A stretch of 47,797 nucleotides of DNA, from UHGV virus genome UHGV-0368429; one strand, written 5' to 3'. Made by a program: the position numbers and the translations under genes. The DNA comes from a virus. A model generated the notes under the pieces. It saw only the letters and a program-made list of their open reading frames with translations. It was not told the origin of the DNA and did no database searches. Below, one piece after another: positions 46,925 through 47,797 of this stretch; position 1 is the first letter of the stretch, and each line of letters begins with the position of its first letter.

Positions 46925-46952
46925 GCCACCAGCAATCACTGGTGGTTTTTTT
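46925..46952 (+). terminator. Rho-independent terminator after the kinase/phosphatase pair
   Basis: CCACCAG-CAATCA-CTGGTGG followed by eight T. Confidence 0.8.
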
Positions 46953-47126
46953 TGCGTATCGCACGCGCACATCAAGGAAAGTCTTTCAGTTGTGAGCCCG
47001 GGCAAACCGTTAACTTTCGGCGGTTTCGCCTTGCGATAGGCGCAATATGGGTTCAACAAAGAGCGCGTTGATGCTGTCCCGCAGAGCAGGGGCCGCGGGT
47101 CCTTTCCGGCTATCTGACATGTTACG

Positions 47127-47138
47127 GGGCGGCGACCT
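47127..47138. other. cosN cohesive-end site (lambda-type 12-nt overhang)
   Basis: GGGCGGCGACCT followed by CGCAGGTTCTCGCTATTTATGAAAATTTTCAGG, near-identical to the lambda left end; Nu1 starts about 180 bp downstream. Confidence 0.9.
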
Positions 47139-47314
47139 CGCAGGTTCTCGCTATTTATGAAAATTTTCAGGATTTTGCCTTTTCCGTTCTTCTTCTTGCT
47201 AAGTATCTGTCTTTACTGGGTATAACCCACCACAAGAAAGGAAGTGTTAAAGCCTGGTAGTAGTCATTTTACCCGGCATGGTTTCCTTACCCTGTGTTTC
47301 GCCTGGAGTTCGTC

Positions 47315-47797
47315 ATGGAGGTCAATAAAAAACGCCTTTCAGAGATTTTTGGTGTCAGCATCCGCACGATCCAGAACTGGCAGGATCAGGGAATGCCAGT
47401 TGCGCGCGGTGGTGGAAAAGGGAATGAAGTGCTTTATGACTCTGCCGCCGTAATCGAATGGTATTCCGCCCGTGACGCAGCGATAGAAAACGAAAAGCTG
47501 CGCAAAGAGGTTGAACAGCTGAGAGTTGATTCAGAATCAGACCTTGTGCCTGGCACGATTGATTATGAGCGCCATAGGCTTACCCGAGCCCAGGCTGATG
47601 CTCAGGAACTAAAAAATGCAAAAGAGTCCGCTGAGGTGGTGGAGACCGCATTCTGCACGTTCGTGCTGTCGCGGATAGCCGGAGAAATTGCCAGTATCCT
47701 TGATGGAATACCTCTGTCGGTTCAGCGGCGCTTTCCGGAACTGGAAAATCGACATATTGATTTCCTCAAGAAGGACATCATAAAAGCCATGAACAAA
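47315..47797 (+). CDS. nu1: Terminase small subunit Nu1, N-terminal 161 codons (continues at 1..63)
   Basis: ATG at 47315; translation MEVNKKRLSEIFGVSIRTIQNWQDQGMPVARGGGKGNEVLYDSAAVIEWYSARD... closely matches lambda Nu1 as recalled; located about 180 bp downstream of cosN. Confidence 0.9.
   Translation, partial: MEVNKKRLSEIFGVSIRTIQNWQDQGMPVARGGGKGNEVLYDSAAVIEWYSARDAAIENEKLRKEVEQLRVDSESDLVPGTIDYERHRLTRAQADAQELKNAKESAEVVETAFCTFVLSRIAGEIASILDGIPLSVQRRFPELENRHIDFLKKDIIKAMNK

Larger units (their letters stand above)
1..47797. mobile_element. Complete lambda-like (cos-type) temperate phage genome, circularly permuted in this window
   Basis: Lambda gene order throughout; Nu1 ORF begins at 47315, reaches the window end and continues in frame at 1..63 (…KKDIIKAMNK|[20 protein letters not shown]); cosN at 47127..47138; attP with tRNA fragment next to int. 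Confidence 0.85.

Noticed and set aside
1-47797. CRISPR arrays, rRNA genes, IS elements or transposases
   Set aside because: No regularly spaced direct repeats with unique spacers, no rRNA-like sequence and no transposase-like ORF were seen; the only recombinase is the phage integrase.

Overview
This window is a complete, circularly permuted genome of a lambda-like temperate siphovirus (about 47.8 kb). The Nu1 terminase small-subunit gene starts at 47315, runs off the window end and finishes at 1..63 in the same frame, and a lambda-type cosN (GGGCGGCGACCT) sits at 47127..47138. Gene order follows lambda: Nu1-A-W-B-C-D-E-FI-FII-Z-U-V-G/T-H-M-L-K-I-J, tail-tip and fibre genes, a 'b region' of cargo, attP (carrying the 3' end of a tRNA-Pro-like gene), int-xis and leftward early genes, cI/cro immunity, an O-like replication gene with iterons, three DNA methyltransferases, antirepressor, Q, an S21/R21-type lysis cassette with Rz/Rz1, then cos. 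Protein identities come from reading the supplied translations against remembered lambda and E. coli sequences; no database search was run. The most interesting material is accessory: (1) an SOS-regulated cargo island in the b region with four CTGT-N8-ACAG LexA boxes serving umuDC, an unannotated 49-aa zinc-ribbon ORF, dinI and an att-proximal promoter, plus an XRE/ImmA pair and a YedK-type SRAP; (2) an AT-rich Hanks-type Ser/Thr kinase + PP2C phosphatase pair between Rz and cos; (3) an AT-rich lipoprotein moron inserted between tail genes I and J; (4) a large C5 methyltransferase whose variable region carries five T-[IV]-T-A-G-G repeats. No CRISPR array, rRNA, intact tRNA or IS element was seen.
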